Assembly: GCA_964356815.1 (NCBI GenBank)
Contig: CAYHIR010000004.1
Location: 842-64,841 of the forward strand
Length of the DNA stretch: 64,000 nt
Direction of reading: 5' to 3'
Source of the DNA: an uncultured Candidatus Saccharibacteria bacterium
GTDB taxonomy: Bacteria > Patescibacteriota > Minisyncoccia > Phycocordibacterales > DATGWK01
The position numbers were made by a program, and so were the translations under genes. The notes under the pieces were generated by a model. The model was not told where the DNA came from, searched no databases, and was given only the letters and a program-made list of their open reading frames with translations. Below are positions 10,034 to 19,371 of the stretch, one piece after another. The first letter of the stretch is position 1, and each line of letters begins with the position of its first letter.

Positions 10034-11313
10034 AAGTCGAAACCCCAAAGGCTTGAGTCTTTTTTGTTTGTGAAAATGAGAATTTTTTCGCTGGCGTCGA
10101 GCGCGAGATTTGTGGCGTCGATTTCTTCATTTGAGGTTGAGAGTGAGCGGAGGTCGGCAATAACTTGGGCTTCCCCACTGCCGGTGTCGATGCTCCAGAT
10201 GGAATCGTTGAAAGAAATCTGACCGTCGTACCAATTGTCTGGATAGTTGGCGCCTGGAAGAGTTTTTGGCACAGCGCAAATTATTTTTATACTGTCTTTC
10301 ATCCAAATACATTTATCGGCGAGAGTTTTGGTTTGAGTGAGCTCGGTTTTGACGCCAGTTTTTACATCAAAAAGTTTTAAGTTGAGAGAACTGCCGGCGG
10401 CCTCTGAGTATAAAATCTTGGTCATGTTGGGCGCAGGAGCAACAGAAAGGCCAGCAATGCCACCCAATAGCTTTGAGAGTGCGCCAGTGGCTGGGCTCAT
10501 TGTGTATGAATAGCCGAAAGCCGCCGCGCTTGGCTTTGTGGTGATTACTATCGTTGCTTCGCGAGGCCAAGAAGCCGTCCATTCATTTATTGGCGATTCA
10601 AAAATCTTGGCTGGATTTTTGCCGTCTATTAAAGCTGTGTAGCCCACTCCGCTCGCGCCACCGTTTTTAAGCATATAGAAAATCCGATCTTTTGCCGTGA
10701 AGTGGGCAATGTTTGTGATGTTGCCCGGGAGAAATGCGCCGCTCAGCTCTTGGAGGTTTGCTTCGGTGCTAGTCGCGCTTTGCATTGGCGCGACTTTAGC
10801 GTGCATAGTTTGGATGACGCCTGCATCGTTCACGTATCGGAGGATGACACCTGCGCCATTGCCCTGCCACAAAGCCTCTTTGATTTTTGGAATTGTTGTA
10901 TTTGAAATTCTCACAGGGCCGAATGCGCTCGCGCCGCCAGTGCTTCCGCTCATGCTCGCTTGCAAGGCTTCCCTGTTGCTCACTTGGGCTTCGTAAACAT
11001 TGCCCATGGCACTGTCTATGAAACGAACAAATGTTTCGGTGCCTTGAGTGAACAGACCAGTGCCAGCTTGTGGTGCGCTAGAAATTTTCCAGAGGCGAGT
11101 AATTGGTGCTGGTGCGGAAATAATTGGCTCTGTGTCGGCTGGCGTTTCTGTGATTGGTGCGGTGCCGCCAGTGCCGAAAGGAAAGAAATCACCGATGCTA
11201 ATGTTCCCCATGCTCGGGCCGCCATTTTCCTGACGATCGAAAAACCAATATGCTCCGAGGCCGAGTGCCGCGGCGAGAACGATGATTATTAATGTCCAAA
11301 AGATTTTTTTCAT
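10030..11313 (-). CDS. Secreted/membrane-anchored hypothetical protein (T4SS-like cluster member)
   Basis: N-terminal TM/signal MKKIFWTLIIIVLAAALGLGAYWF. Last gene of the co-directional cluster. Confidence 0.45.
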   Translation of the reverse strand: MKKIFWTLIIIVLAAALGLGAYWFFDRQENGGPSMGNISIGDFFPFGTGGTAPITETPADTEPIISAPAPITRLWKISSAPQAGTGLFTQGTETFVRFIDSAMGNVYEAQVSNREALQASMSGSTGGASAFGPVRISNTTIPKIKEALWQGNGAGVILRYVNDAGVIQTMHAKVAPMQSATSTEANLQELSGAFLPGNITNIAHFTAKDRIFYMLKNGGASGVGYTALIDGKNPAKIFESPINEWTASWPREATIVITTKPSAAAFGYSYTMSPATGALSKLLGGIAGLSVAPAPNMTKILYSEAAGSSLNLKLFDVKTGVKTELTQTKTLADKCIWMKDSIKIICAVPKTLPGANYPDNWYDGQISFNDSIWSIDTGSGEAQVIADLRSLSTSNEEIDATNLALDASEKILIFTNKKDSSLWGFDF

Positions 11314-12768
11314 TTAATTATTTGTTGGCGGAGCGGGCGTCGTGCTCGGGTCGAGGGTTGTCGTCAAAATATTTGGATCAATTGTGTTTAAAATGAGCCA
11401 AGAGCCGATCGCGAGGAGCAAACCGATAATAGCCTGATTGATTTTTTCTTTGCCGGCGGATTTGTTGCTGATGACGTCTGTTGTCATGTATTCAAGACCG
11501 CCGATGATGATCATAATCACTGCCAATACTGCCGCCGCGCCGATGAGAAAACGAAACATGGCCATGACGTATGTAGAGAAATCACTAATTTTATAGTCGC
11601 CGGTGGCGGCATTAAACAGGCCTGGCAATGGCACGAGCGGCTCGTACTCAAGCTGGTTTCCTTGAGCCAAGGCTGTTTGAGCGCCTAAAAATTTGTTCAA
11701 ATAACTTTTCTCGGGCAACAAACTCGTCTCACCGCCAGCGTTTTCAGCCGATTTAAATTCAATCGTAAACGGCGCGTCTGCTCCTTGGAGGTAATTGGTT
11801 TTGTGGCGGGCACTCACGCGCACAGAAGCTGAGCCACCGCCCTCGGCTGGTGCTCGGAAGACCACTTCATTGCTCTTCTGCGCGGTCTTTACACTGTTTT
11901 GAGTCCATGAGAAGTCGATATTGTTTGTGTCGTTGTCGTTTGTGGCAGTAAAGAAAAACGGCATGGCGGTGAACGTTGCCTCTGAGCGATCTTCAAAAGA
12001 AAAACTCCGGCCGTTCAAAGCACGCTCCATGCGTAGGCCGTAAAGCGGGCTGTTTTCGTATACCAAAAGCTTCGGGGAGACTTCAGAGACGACGGTTTTG
12101 CCAACGCCGCTGTATTCCCCACCTGTAGAAGACACTTCCACCTCCACTTCTATCGGCTTAGAGAGGACAGAAGGCACGACAGAGAAAGTTTTTCGGCCAT
12201 AGCCAGACGCCGCTTGCACGAGTGTGCCGTTTTGTTTCCATTTATACACGAGATTGGCGGAGTTGACCCTCACACCTTGAGTGGTAAGGAAAAACGGCTC
12301 AGCGACGACAGTCACGCGATCTTGATTGGAATGGAGAGCCTTACCTTCATATAGAGGAGGCACATACGAGCTGGCTTGCCAAAGCATGTCTATTTCCGCA
12401 GGGCGGATAGGAACGGTCTGCGATACTCCATCTATTGAAACGGTGACGTCTGAGACAGTACCCAATGCACCGGTAGTGAAGCTGTAGGTCTTCAAGCCCA
12501 CACCTCTCGCCGCTACTCTTCCACCTTGCGACCAAGAAATGTTCAAACCATTTATGTCGCGGGCGAAATCTTCCACCGTAACGCTAACTTTTTCAAAAGC
12601 TTTTGGATAACGCGGCATTACAGTTACTCGCATCGCCTGGCCTTCGGTGGCGTCTATGAAATCGAATTGGGCCCTCGCTATTTGTGGACTAAATTGCGGC
12701 GCAAAAGTGGTAAAAGCGGCAAAAACTAGAGCAACGCCCACAATGCCCAATAGATTTCTATAAAACAT
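11314..12768 (-). CDS. Secreted protein with C-terminal two-helix, VirB2/TrbC pilin-like, membrane module
   Basis: N-terminal signal peptide. The C-terminus carries two hydrophobic helices (AMFRFLIGAAAVLAVIMIIIGGLEY and AIIGLLLAIGSWLILNTI) separated by a short polar loop. Confidence 0.45.
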   Translation of the reverse strand: MFYRNLLGIVGVALVFAAFTTFAPQFSPQIARAQFDFIDATEGQAMRVTVMPRYPKAFEKVSVTVEDFARDINGLNISWSQGGRVAARGVGLKTYSFTTGALGTVSDVTVSIDGVSQTVPIRPAEIDMLWQASSYVPPLYEGKALHSNQDRVTVVAEPFFLTTQGVRVNSANLVYKWKQNGTLVQAASGYGRKTFSVVPSVLSKPIEVEVEVSSTGGEYSGVGKTVVSEVSPKLLVYENSPLYGLRMERALNGRSFSFEDRSEATFTAMPFFFTATNDNDTNNIDFSWTQNSVKTAQKSNEVVFRAPAEGGGSASVRVSARHKTNYLQGADAPFTIEFKSAENAGGETSLLPEKSYLNKFLGAQTALAQGNQLEYEPLVPLPGLFNAATGDYKISDFSTYVMAMFRFLIGAAAVLAVIMIIIGGLEYMTTDVISNKSAGKEKINQAIIGLLLAIGSWLILNTIDPNILTTTLDPSTTPAPPTNN

Positions 12769-12827
12769 GGTCTAATCTTAACACAGAGAAAGTACGCGGC
12801 TGTGGATGTTTGTTCACTAAGAAAGTG

Positions 12828-13373
12828 TTATTTTATGTATTTTAGTATCCCGGCACCTCTCAATTCCTCCAAAGCCAAATTAAATAACCTAACAATTTTC
12901 TTTTCGTGATGGTGGGCCATAAGTACGAAAATGGTCGCGATTGGAAAGATCTTAAAAAATGGTATGAATTCTATAATTATGACTACGACATATCTTTTCC
13001 AAAGCCAACGAATTATATATTTTTTCCAAAAACGACCTTTCAATTTACCTAAGCACCAAATGAACATGGTAATTGCGAATATAAAGGAAAATATTGTAGT
13101 CAAAATAATGCCGACAATAGAAAGGTCTAGGGAATCTAATACATCTTTTAATATCGCCGCCATTAACATGAGATAAGGGAAGTTTGGTTCTTCTGGTGGA
13201 TCTTCGACGATTAGTTCTTCGTCACCGTCTTCAAAATTCTCACCCTTATCGTTAAATATTTCTCGTACTCTTCCTAATATTCTTTGAAGTTCTTGTGTTT
13301 TTATATTTCCAGGTGCACGATATGCCGGTACAGCGGATGCTACCTCCTCTCCATTTTGTAAGTTTTCATCCAT
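12828..13373 (-). CDS. Hypothetical membrane protein
   Basis: Acidic N-terminus followed by two to three TM helices. Confidence 0.4.
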   Translation of the reverse strand: MDENLQNGEEVASAVPAYRAPGNIKTQELQRILGRVREIFNDKGENFEDGDEELIVEDPPEEPNFPYLMLMAAILKDVLDSLDLSIVGIILTTIFSFIFAITMFIWCLGKLKGRFWKKYIIRWLWKRYVVVIIIEFIPFFKIFPIATIFVLMAHHHEKKIVRLFNLALEELRGAGILKYIK

Positions 13374-13376
13374 AAG

Positions 13377-14138
13377 TTAAAATTCGCCGTCAATTGCTCG
13401 ATTGGTTTTCTTGCCAAGTAAAACATGAGAAATAATGTTGCCAATAATATGGATCATAAACCCGAGTAAAATATAACTGATAAATCTGGCGATCATAAAG
13501 ATGACTATACCGCCATAAGTTTGTGGAACTGTTGTAGAAATAGAGCCGCCGAGCAAAGCCTCTAGTGTCCACAACATACCAAGAGGTATATTTTCAAAGT
13601 GTGGAGTGTTGTGTTCAAAAATATAAACAAGGGTGCCTAATATTATGACAGTAAAAATGAGGGTAAAAAGGTAAATTTGCAAATTAAGTCGGATAATTGC
13701 CATTTTGTCTTCCTCGGAATGTTTTTCTAAATGTTCAAAACGAACAACTTTAGCCAAGCGCATCATTCTTAAAAAGCGGAGTATTCTCAGAGCTCGGAGT
13801 GATTTTAATGGAGTAAGGTTGGAGACGGAAAGTAATGTTGGTGTTATCGATACAAGATCAATAAGGCCAAAGAAGCTAAAGATATAAGAACTTTTTTTTG
13901 AACTCCCTACTATTCGACAAATGTATTCAACAGAAAAAATGAGAGCCGCTACGTATTCTATGATTAAGAAAATTTGATGGTAATTAGAAAACTGAGATAC
14001 GGATTCAAAAATTATCGCTAGTATTGAAATAACAATAACGATCGACAAAAAATCGTTTGTAACAACAAAAAGTCTCGAATTTGTATCGTAGAATGCTTTC
14101 CTACAAAACAGAGAGAAAGAGTGGAATATGTTTTTCAT
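13377..14138 (-). CDS. Voltage-gated ion channel family protein (single 6-TM domain, BacNaV/NaChBac-like)
   Basis: S4 voltage sensor LRALRILRFLRMMRLAKVVR, with Arg at every third position. Pore-like WTLEALLGG resembles the BacNaV TLESW filter. Size is 253 aa. Confidence 0.55.
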   Translation of the reverse strand: MKNIFHSFSLFCRKAFYDTNSRLFVVTNDFLSIVIVISILAIIFESVSQFSNYHQIFLIIEYVAALIFSVEYICRIVGSSKKSSYIFSFFGLIDLVSITPTLLSVSNLTPLKSLRALRILRFLRMMRLAKVVRFEHLEKHSEEDKMAIIRLNLQIYLFTLIFTVIILGTLVYIFEHNTPHFENIPLGMLWTLEALLGGSISTTVPQTYGGIVIFMIARFISYILLGFMIHIIGNIISHVLLGKKTNRAIDGEF

Positions 14139-14143
14139 ACATT

Positions 14144-16060
14144 TTACCCTCCCGTCGCCTCAAGCTCTTCCCTCGCCTTTTGGATGGAGAGGATTTGTGA
14201 TGGGTCGGAGGTGATGATTTGATCTTCAGTGTAAGACGCGATGGTTTTTATGGCCACGTGTTTTAAGCCGGCAAAGAAAATACCTTCGCCGACGCCAGAT
14301 TCAAGCAAAAGATATTTTTCTTCATCAGTTAGATTAAAAACTTGTTGTAGCTTGTCGATAGATGTTGGCGATTGCTTCATGAGCATTTGGATGGAAGAGT
14401 TGGTGATGATCGGCAAACCGTATGGCGATTTCAAAAAGTCGTCAACGTCTTGAGTGATTGTGGCGAGACCGAGGAAATATTTGCGACCACGTTTGGCGAG
14501 TGAGAGTAAGAAAGAAGCAGTGTCTTCAGATTTCATCATCCACCAGGCTTCGTCGATCACGAACAAACGCTTTTTTAATTCTTTGCGAATTGTGTTCCAA
14601 ATATAGTGCGTGACGATGTACATCGCGATCGGTTTGAGTTCGTCTTCCATGTCGCGGAGAGAAAAGACGACAAGTTTTTTATTGATATCAATATTCGTCG
14701 GGCGATTTATAAATCCCGACCAAGTGCCTTTAGTGTATTTTGAGAGCCGTTGTGCAAGTGATTCCCCACCTTCCATACCGGATAGGACGAGTTCGAAGTC
14801 GGACATAAGTGGCGGCTCGATATTTTGAAAATCAGATTCGGCAGTGATGTCTTTCAAGGCGTACGTCTCGGTGATCGCGCGATCCATAATGGCATCTTCT
14901 TCTGGTGTGAGGCCGCCCATCATCAAGCGGAAAAGGCCGATGAGATTGATGATATTTGAACGAAGAACAGACGCCGCAGATTCATCTTTGCCGGGCGGCG
15001 CGAGATCAAATGGGTTGATATGATGCTCAGAATTGAGAGAGATTTTAAAATATCGGCCGCCGACAGTCTCTGCCAAATATTCATATTCCCTTTCTGGATC
15101 GAGCACAATAACTTCTGTGTCGAACATCAGCGTGCGAATGATTTCGAGCTTCGTGGCATAAGATTTTCCGGCGCCAGACTTGGCGAAAGTGATGGAATTG
15201 TAATTTTCCAAAGAGAAACGATCGAAAAGCACGAGGCTGGAATTGTGGCGATTGATGCCGTAAAGCACGCCTTTGTCTGACGTGAGATCGAAAGAAATAA
15301 ATGGAAAGAGGCTCGAGAGCGGCGAGGAATTGAGCTTTGAGTGCACTTCGAGAAGATCTGTAGCGATTGGCATGACGCTTTTGAATGCCTGCTCTTGCTG
15401 GAAAAGCGCCGGCTTCACATAGACAAGTTTCGACTCAAGGATCGATTTCATTTCCGACTCTATTTTATCGAGTTCGGTTTCGTTTTCAGCATAGAGTGTG
15501 ATGTAGAGGCCAACATCGAAAAGTTTTTCTTGCGCTTGCTGAAGATTGTCGCGCAAATTTTCCAAGTCTTGATATGCCGTGTCGAGCATCGGATCGCGCA
15601 CCATGCCCTTGGCTTCCCGCTCATGTATTTGACTCTGCACCTCAGCGACCTTTTTTTGAAATTGGCGAAGAACTTTCACTGTGTCTACTGGATGAACGAA
15701 AATGGAAACGTCAAACATTTTGTCGAGATTGATGATCGGCGCAAACCAACTTTCATTTAAAAAACGCGGATATGAAATAACGAAAAATGTACGGACGAGT
15801 TTGTCGCCAAGATTCAAATCACGCGGACCAATCTTCAACGCACTCGGCGCGATAATATCTTTGAGCTCAAGAGTCTCGGCCTCATACACTTCGCGTGGCA
15901 AAAATGGCGCGACAGGAATCGGCCCGCGCTCTTTCTTTTTGAAAATGTTACTGAAGAATGACATTGTTTTTCGCCGTTTTTTACTAAACCCCCGCCGGCT
16001 CGGCGAGCTGAATCGGTTTCTCCATTTCGCCTGGGTTGAACACTTTGTACAAAAGCTCAA
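14144..16060 (-). CDS. VirB4/TraE-family type IV secretion ATPase, ATPase portion (likely start at Met 15964)
   Basis: Walker A FAKSGAGKSYATK. Walker B VIDEAWWMM. Central motif GDKLVRTFFVISYPRF is typical of the VirB4 linker. Confidence 0.8.
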   Translation of the reverse strand: MSFCTKCSTQAKWRNRFSSPSRRGFSKKRRKTMSFFSNIFKKKERGPIPVAPFLPREVYEAETLELKDIIAPSALKIGPRDLNLGDKLVRTFFVISYPRFLNESWFAPIINLDKMFDVSIFVHPVDTVKVLRQFQKKVAEVQSQIHEREAKGMVRDPMLDTAYQDLENLRDNLQQAQEKLFDVGLYITLYAENETELDKIESEMKSILESKLVYVKPALFQQEQAFKSVMPIATDLLEVHSKLNSSPLSSLFPFISFDLTSDKGVLYGINRHNSSLVLFDRFSLENYNSITFAKSGAGKSYATKLEIIRTLMFDTEVIVLDPEREYEYLAETVGGRYFKISLNSEHHINPFDLAPPGKDESAASVLRSNIINLIGLFRLMMGGLTPEEDAIMDRAITETYALKDITAESDFQNIEPPLMSDFELVLSGMEGGESLAQRLSKYTKGTWSGFINRPTNIDINKKLVVFSLRDMEDELKPIAMYIVTHYIWNTIRKELKKRLFVIDEAWWMMKSEDTASFLLSLAKRGRKYFLGLATITQDVDDFLKSPYGLPIITNSSIQMLMKQSPTSIDKLQQVFNLTDEEKYLLLESGVGEGIFFAGLKHVAIKTIASYTEDQIITSDPSQILSIQKAREELEATGG

Positions 16061-16652
16061 TCACCTCTTCTGTGCCAAGCTCAATGACGCGCACGCCACA
16101 ACGCACCAAGCCTTGCTCCACCACCGAAATTCTTTGCTCAAGCTGAGTGCGATATTCCTCGAAAAGTTCTTCACTGGCTTTGTTTTTGCTTCCACCACCG
16201 CGACCTTTGAAAAGCTGGCCAAAATCAGGCAATTTGCTCCCCGACTTAGATTGGAGCATGGCTGGAGAATACGGGATGACGATGAAAAAGTGCTTCGTCA
16301 TAATGCTCGTGCTCTCAGTGAAATTTTTGATGAAGCCAATGTATTCTTCGACTTGAATTTTCATCAAATCGTTGACCTGCTTTTTGCGCTGTTGCTCAAG
16401 GAGCGCAAGATATGGCCGAATGTCGAGACGACGCGACTGAATGAAAATTTGCACAGAAAAATCGAGCGAATTGAGAAAATCTTGGAAGGAATAGAGAATG
16501 GCTTCGCGTTCGTCGTTGGATTTTAACGAGAAATTGAGAGATGAAGCAATGACAACAGCTCGAAGTGTACCGTCTTTGAGCACCACGATGCCATCGCGGA
16601 CCTCTTTTATCGGCACAAATTCTTGCGTTGCTCCAGCTTTAGTTGTCGCCAT
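15984..16652 (-). CDS. VirB4 N-terminal domain encoded as a separate ORF
   Basis: EFVPIKEVRDGIVVLKDGTLRAVVIASSLNFSLKSNDEREAILYSFQDFLNSLDFSVQIF matches the N-terminal domain of Gram-positive VirB4 homologues. It is in a different frame from the ATPase ORF. Confidence 0.55.
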   Translation of the reverse strand: MATTKAGATQEFVPIKEVRDGIVVLKDGTLRAVVIASSLNFSLKSNDEREAILYSFQDFLNSLDFSVQIFIQSRRLDIRPYLALLEQQRKKQVNDLMKIQVEEYIGFIKNFTESTSIMTKHFFIVIPYSPAMLQSKSGSKLPDFGQLFKGRGGGSKNKASEELFEEYRTQLEQRISVVEQGLVRCGVRVIELGTEEVIELLYKVFNPGEMEKPIQLAEPAGV

Positions 16653-16692
16653 TGTTTTTGTCGCTTTATTATATCAGAACCAGCTACAAGAC

Positions 16693-17406
16693 TTATTTTA
16701 ATACTGACATATAATTTTTGAGTAAAAAGATGACCTCTTTTCGCAGGTGATTTTTGACCCAAGCTTTTTCTTTTTCATTTGGTAAAAGTTCAGCTAATCC
16801 TCGCAATATTTCATTGTCTTTGACCGCTTCCACAACCGGAATGCAATCGGCCATGTATTCTTCGATAGTCTTGCCGGTTCGAGCCTTTATCACCTCGGCA
16901 TTAATGTCCCAGTGATTTGCACCAAAAAACCAAATATCATAAATATCCCGCATAGCTGTTTCGCTTCGGGTGGTCAGAGCCGCGAGCTTGCTGGCAAAGA
17001 GATAATCTTTCTTGCCAGTAAGCATCGAGATACCAAGATATTCTTTCATTTCGTAGTGTTCTTTGATGTCTGGTATGAGATTTCGCATGCTCAATTCAAC
17101 TTTGACATTGTGATCAGTGTCGCCATAGGAGAGCAGGAAAAAGATGGTATTTTGCTTTATATAATTATCTTTGTTCTCTCCATATTTTCGGAGCATTCTG
17201 CCGATTTTTTCGTATACCAATTTTTGTGTGGCTTCATCAGTAGAGAAGAGGTCGAAGTCTAAGTCGACAGAAAATCTAGTTAGGTCATAGAAAAAGTAGG
17301 CACAGGTGCCACCTTTGAATCCAATGAGAGATGAGATAGAAGTATCGGAATAGATATCCCTCAAGATCTGTCCCATGATGAGCTGGTGTTTTTCTTTATT
17401 GAGCAT
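16693..17406 (-). CDS. AbiEii/AbiGii nucleotidyltransferase toxin (type IV TA)
   Basis: Motif GFKGGTCAYFFYDLTRFSVDLDFDL, DUF1814-like. Overlaps the upstream gene by 11 nt. Confidence 0.7.
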   Translation of the reverse strand: MLNKEKHQLIMGQILRDIYSDTSISSLIGFKGGTCAYFFYDLTRFSVDLDFDLFSTDEATQKLVYEKIGRMLRKYGENKDNYIKQNTIFFLLSYGDTDHNVKVELSMRNLIPDIKEHYEMKEYLGISMLTGKKDYLFASKLAALTTRSETAMRDIYDIWFFGANHWDINAEVIKARTGKTIEEYMADCIPVVEAVKDNEILRGLAELLPNEKEKAWVKNHLRKEVIFLLKNYMSVLK

Positions 17407-17983
17407 GTTTTCGGTAGTTAGCCCGGTACTTTTTTAGGCGCTTTATTAATTGCTTATTATCGTAAATTTTTACAAGCTCGAAGCAGATCTCCCAGTTGAT
17501 AGATCGTAGGTTGTCAAAATAAAATTTAGGAGATAAATAAATAGTGTCGAGGAATGCTCGCTCTGGTGTGGCGATACTGTAATTCTTTTCATTTTTTATA
17601 CCAATTGCATTGTAGAGCACACCGTCTTTTAGTTTTCTGAAGGTAATCGTTTTATCGCCAACCTTTTTTGTTGTAGGATAGGGACCAGCTACGAAGATCG
17701 CAGTCTGATGTTGGAAAATAATTCCGGCTTCTCGGAGGACCGTTTCAAAGCTGATGTATGAAGGGGTATAAATACTTGTTGCGAGTTCTTTGACATCATA
17801 TTCCTTGTTCTTGGCAAAAACGCCACGAGTCAGACGGATCAGTGATCCTTGTTTGGCGTAGTATTTGATCTTTGAGAAAAGATTGACGGTATTGGTTTCC
17901 TCCCAAATTAAAGCTATATCCTTTACGGTCAAGATTGTCTTGGGGGATTCGTATAATTTGGCAATAAGGTTGTCTGCAGCCAT
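17396..17983 (-). CDS. AbiEi-family antitoxin (wHTH)
   Basis: Paired with the AbiEii gene. Motif SLIRLTRGVF is typical of AbiEi N-terminal domains. Confidence 0.6.
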   Translation of the reverse strand: MAADNLIAKLYESPKTILTVKDIALIWEETNTVNLFSKIKYYAKQGSLIRLTRGVFAKNKEYDVKELATSIYTPSYISFETVLREAGIIFQHQTAIFVAGPYPTTKKVGDKTITFRKLKDGVLYNAIGIKNEKNYSIATPERAFLDTIYLSPKFYFDNLRSINWEICFELVKIYDNKQLIKRLKKYRANYRKHAQ

Positions 17984-18076
17984 ATATTAGTATGTTTAAT
18001 GGAAAGGTGATATCTCCACCCCTCCATTGTATATTATGATGAAAATCATGTAAATATGGCTAATTTTTGATCGCTA

Positions 18077-18592
18077 TCATTCCCACCCCTCAAGCTTCGG
18101 TTTTACAAACTTGTCGCTGTTTATGTCGCTAAATTTTTTGAAGTCGTCGTCTTCATCTCGCGTCACTGGATTCAAACTTTCTTTAACGTCGAGTGTCCAT
18201 GAAAGATCGCGGAGCTTGCTCTCGGAAAGTTTTGGCACAAACACCGCATTTTTTTTCGACTCTTCCCTTTCAGCGAGCGGTTTCGGCTCATGTTTCCATA
18301 TATAGAGCTTGTCTTTCACCGCATAGTGTAGAAAAGATTCAACAGCTCGAATGAATGGCCGATTGTTTATCTTGTAAAATGCGAGCGCCGTACCAAAAAC
18401 GCCTAGCAAAATAATGAGTGGCACAGCGATGAGAAATGGCAAAAAAGTGTACGCAATGATACACGCACCAGCCGCACCAGCCAGGTATATAAATTGTTTG
18501 AAGGTCAACGGTCCGATGACCTTATCCTCGACATCAGTGAATTGTGGAACTTGGAATCGCATTTTGTTTTGCCGCGCTCCGCGGCGATGCAC
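18077..18592 (-). CDS. PrgI-family / VirB3-like small membrane protein
   Basis: FQVPQFTDVEDKVIGPLTFKQFIYLAGAAGACIIAY, then a second TM helix. This matches PrgI (the VirB3 analogue), which is normally encoded just before VirB4. Confidence 0.6.
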   Translation of the reverse strand: MHRRGARQNKMRFQVPQFTDVEDKVIGPLTFKQFIYLAGAAGACIIAYTFLPFLIAVPLIILLGVFGTALAFYKINNRPFIRAVESFLHYAVKDKLYIWKHEPKPLAEREESKKNAVFVPKLSESKLRDLSWTLDVKESLNPVTRDEDDDFKKFSDINSDKFVKPKLEGWE

Positions 18593-18599
18593 GTTTAAA

Positions 18600-19364
18600 T
18601 TATTTTATCGGCTCGCGATACGGATCGCCGCCATTGTAGGTATTTTTTCTTTTCTCATCCACCTCCGTCTTCACCTGGCTCTCATCACGCTCCGTGCGCA
18701 CGAGTTTACTCAACTTCTGATCCACTATCGAACTAAATTTTGGCGCGAGTGGTTGTGGTACAGGAACGCTGGTTGTTGGCTTAAACGAAGCAGGTGCCGG
18801 TGTCATGACAGGTGCGACTGCTACAGAAGGCGTGACGGGCGCGACCGACTTAGAAAGTGACGGTGTAGAGAAAGCGGTTTTTATCGGCATTTTATTGCCA
18901 CCTTCTTTTGGCATGAGAGTTTGGCTGTGTAGATGCGGTTCGCGAATCATTTCATGTGATGGGAGGAGGTGGTTGGATGCAAGCATTTTTTCGCTAAGAT
19001 CATCAGGCCTAGATTTAACAGGTCTAGATTCTGATATTGCGCGTAATTCCTCCTCCATTTCCTTTAGAAGGCCCATCACCGGATCAAATATTTCTTTGTT
19101 TGTGTCAGAAGATATTTTAATTGCCTGGTCGTAAGACACTCCGACTTTCTCCACTGCGTTCGCTCTAAACTTGCTCAATGGTTCTAATCCAAAAAGCACA
19201 AAAAATGTTTCATTTTCCAAGGAATATTTTTGGTCTGTTGTCAAATTATATTTTGTTCCAATGGAGATTATTTTATCCTTGGTCAATGGATTTATAATCG
19301 TATCCTGGACATCAGAAGGCAGAACTTCAAAGTTTTCTTTTAATGTTTTTAATGTTTCGTCCAT
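18600..19364 (-). CDS. Hypothetical protein with Pro/Ala/Val-rich C-terminus (cluster member)
   Basis: No recognisable domain. Co-directional within the cluster. Confidence 0.4.
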   Translation of the reverse strand: MDETLKTLKENFEVLPSDVQDTIINPLTKDKIISIGTKYNLTTDQKYSLENETFFVLFGLEPLSKFRANAVEKVGVSYDQAIKISSDTNKEIFDPVMGLLKEMEEELRAISESRPVKSRPDDLSEKMLASNHLLPSHEMIREPHLHSQTLMPKEGGNKMPIKTAFSTPSLSKSVAPVTPSVAVAPVMTPAPASFKPTTSVPVPQPLAPKFSSIVDQKLSKLVRTERDESQVKTEVDEKRKNTYNGGDPYREPIK

Positions 19365-19371
19365 ATTTTTT

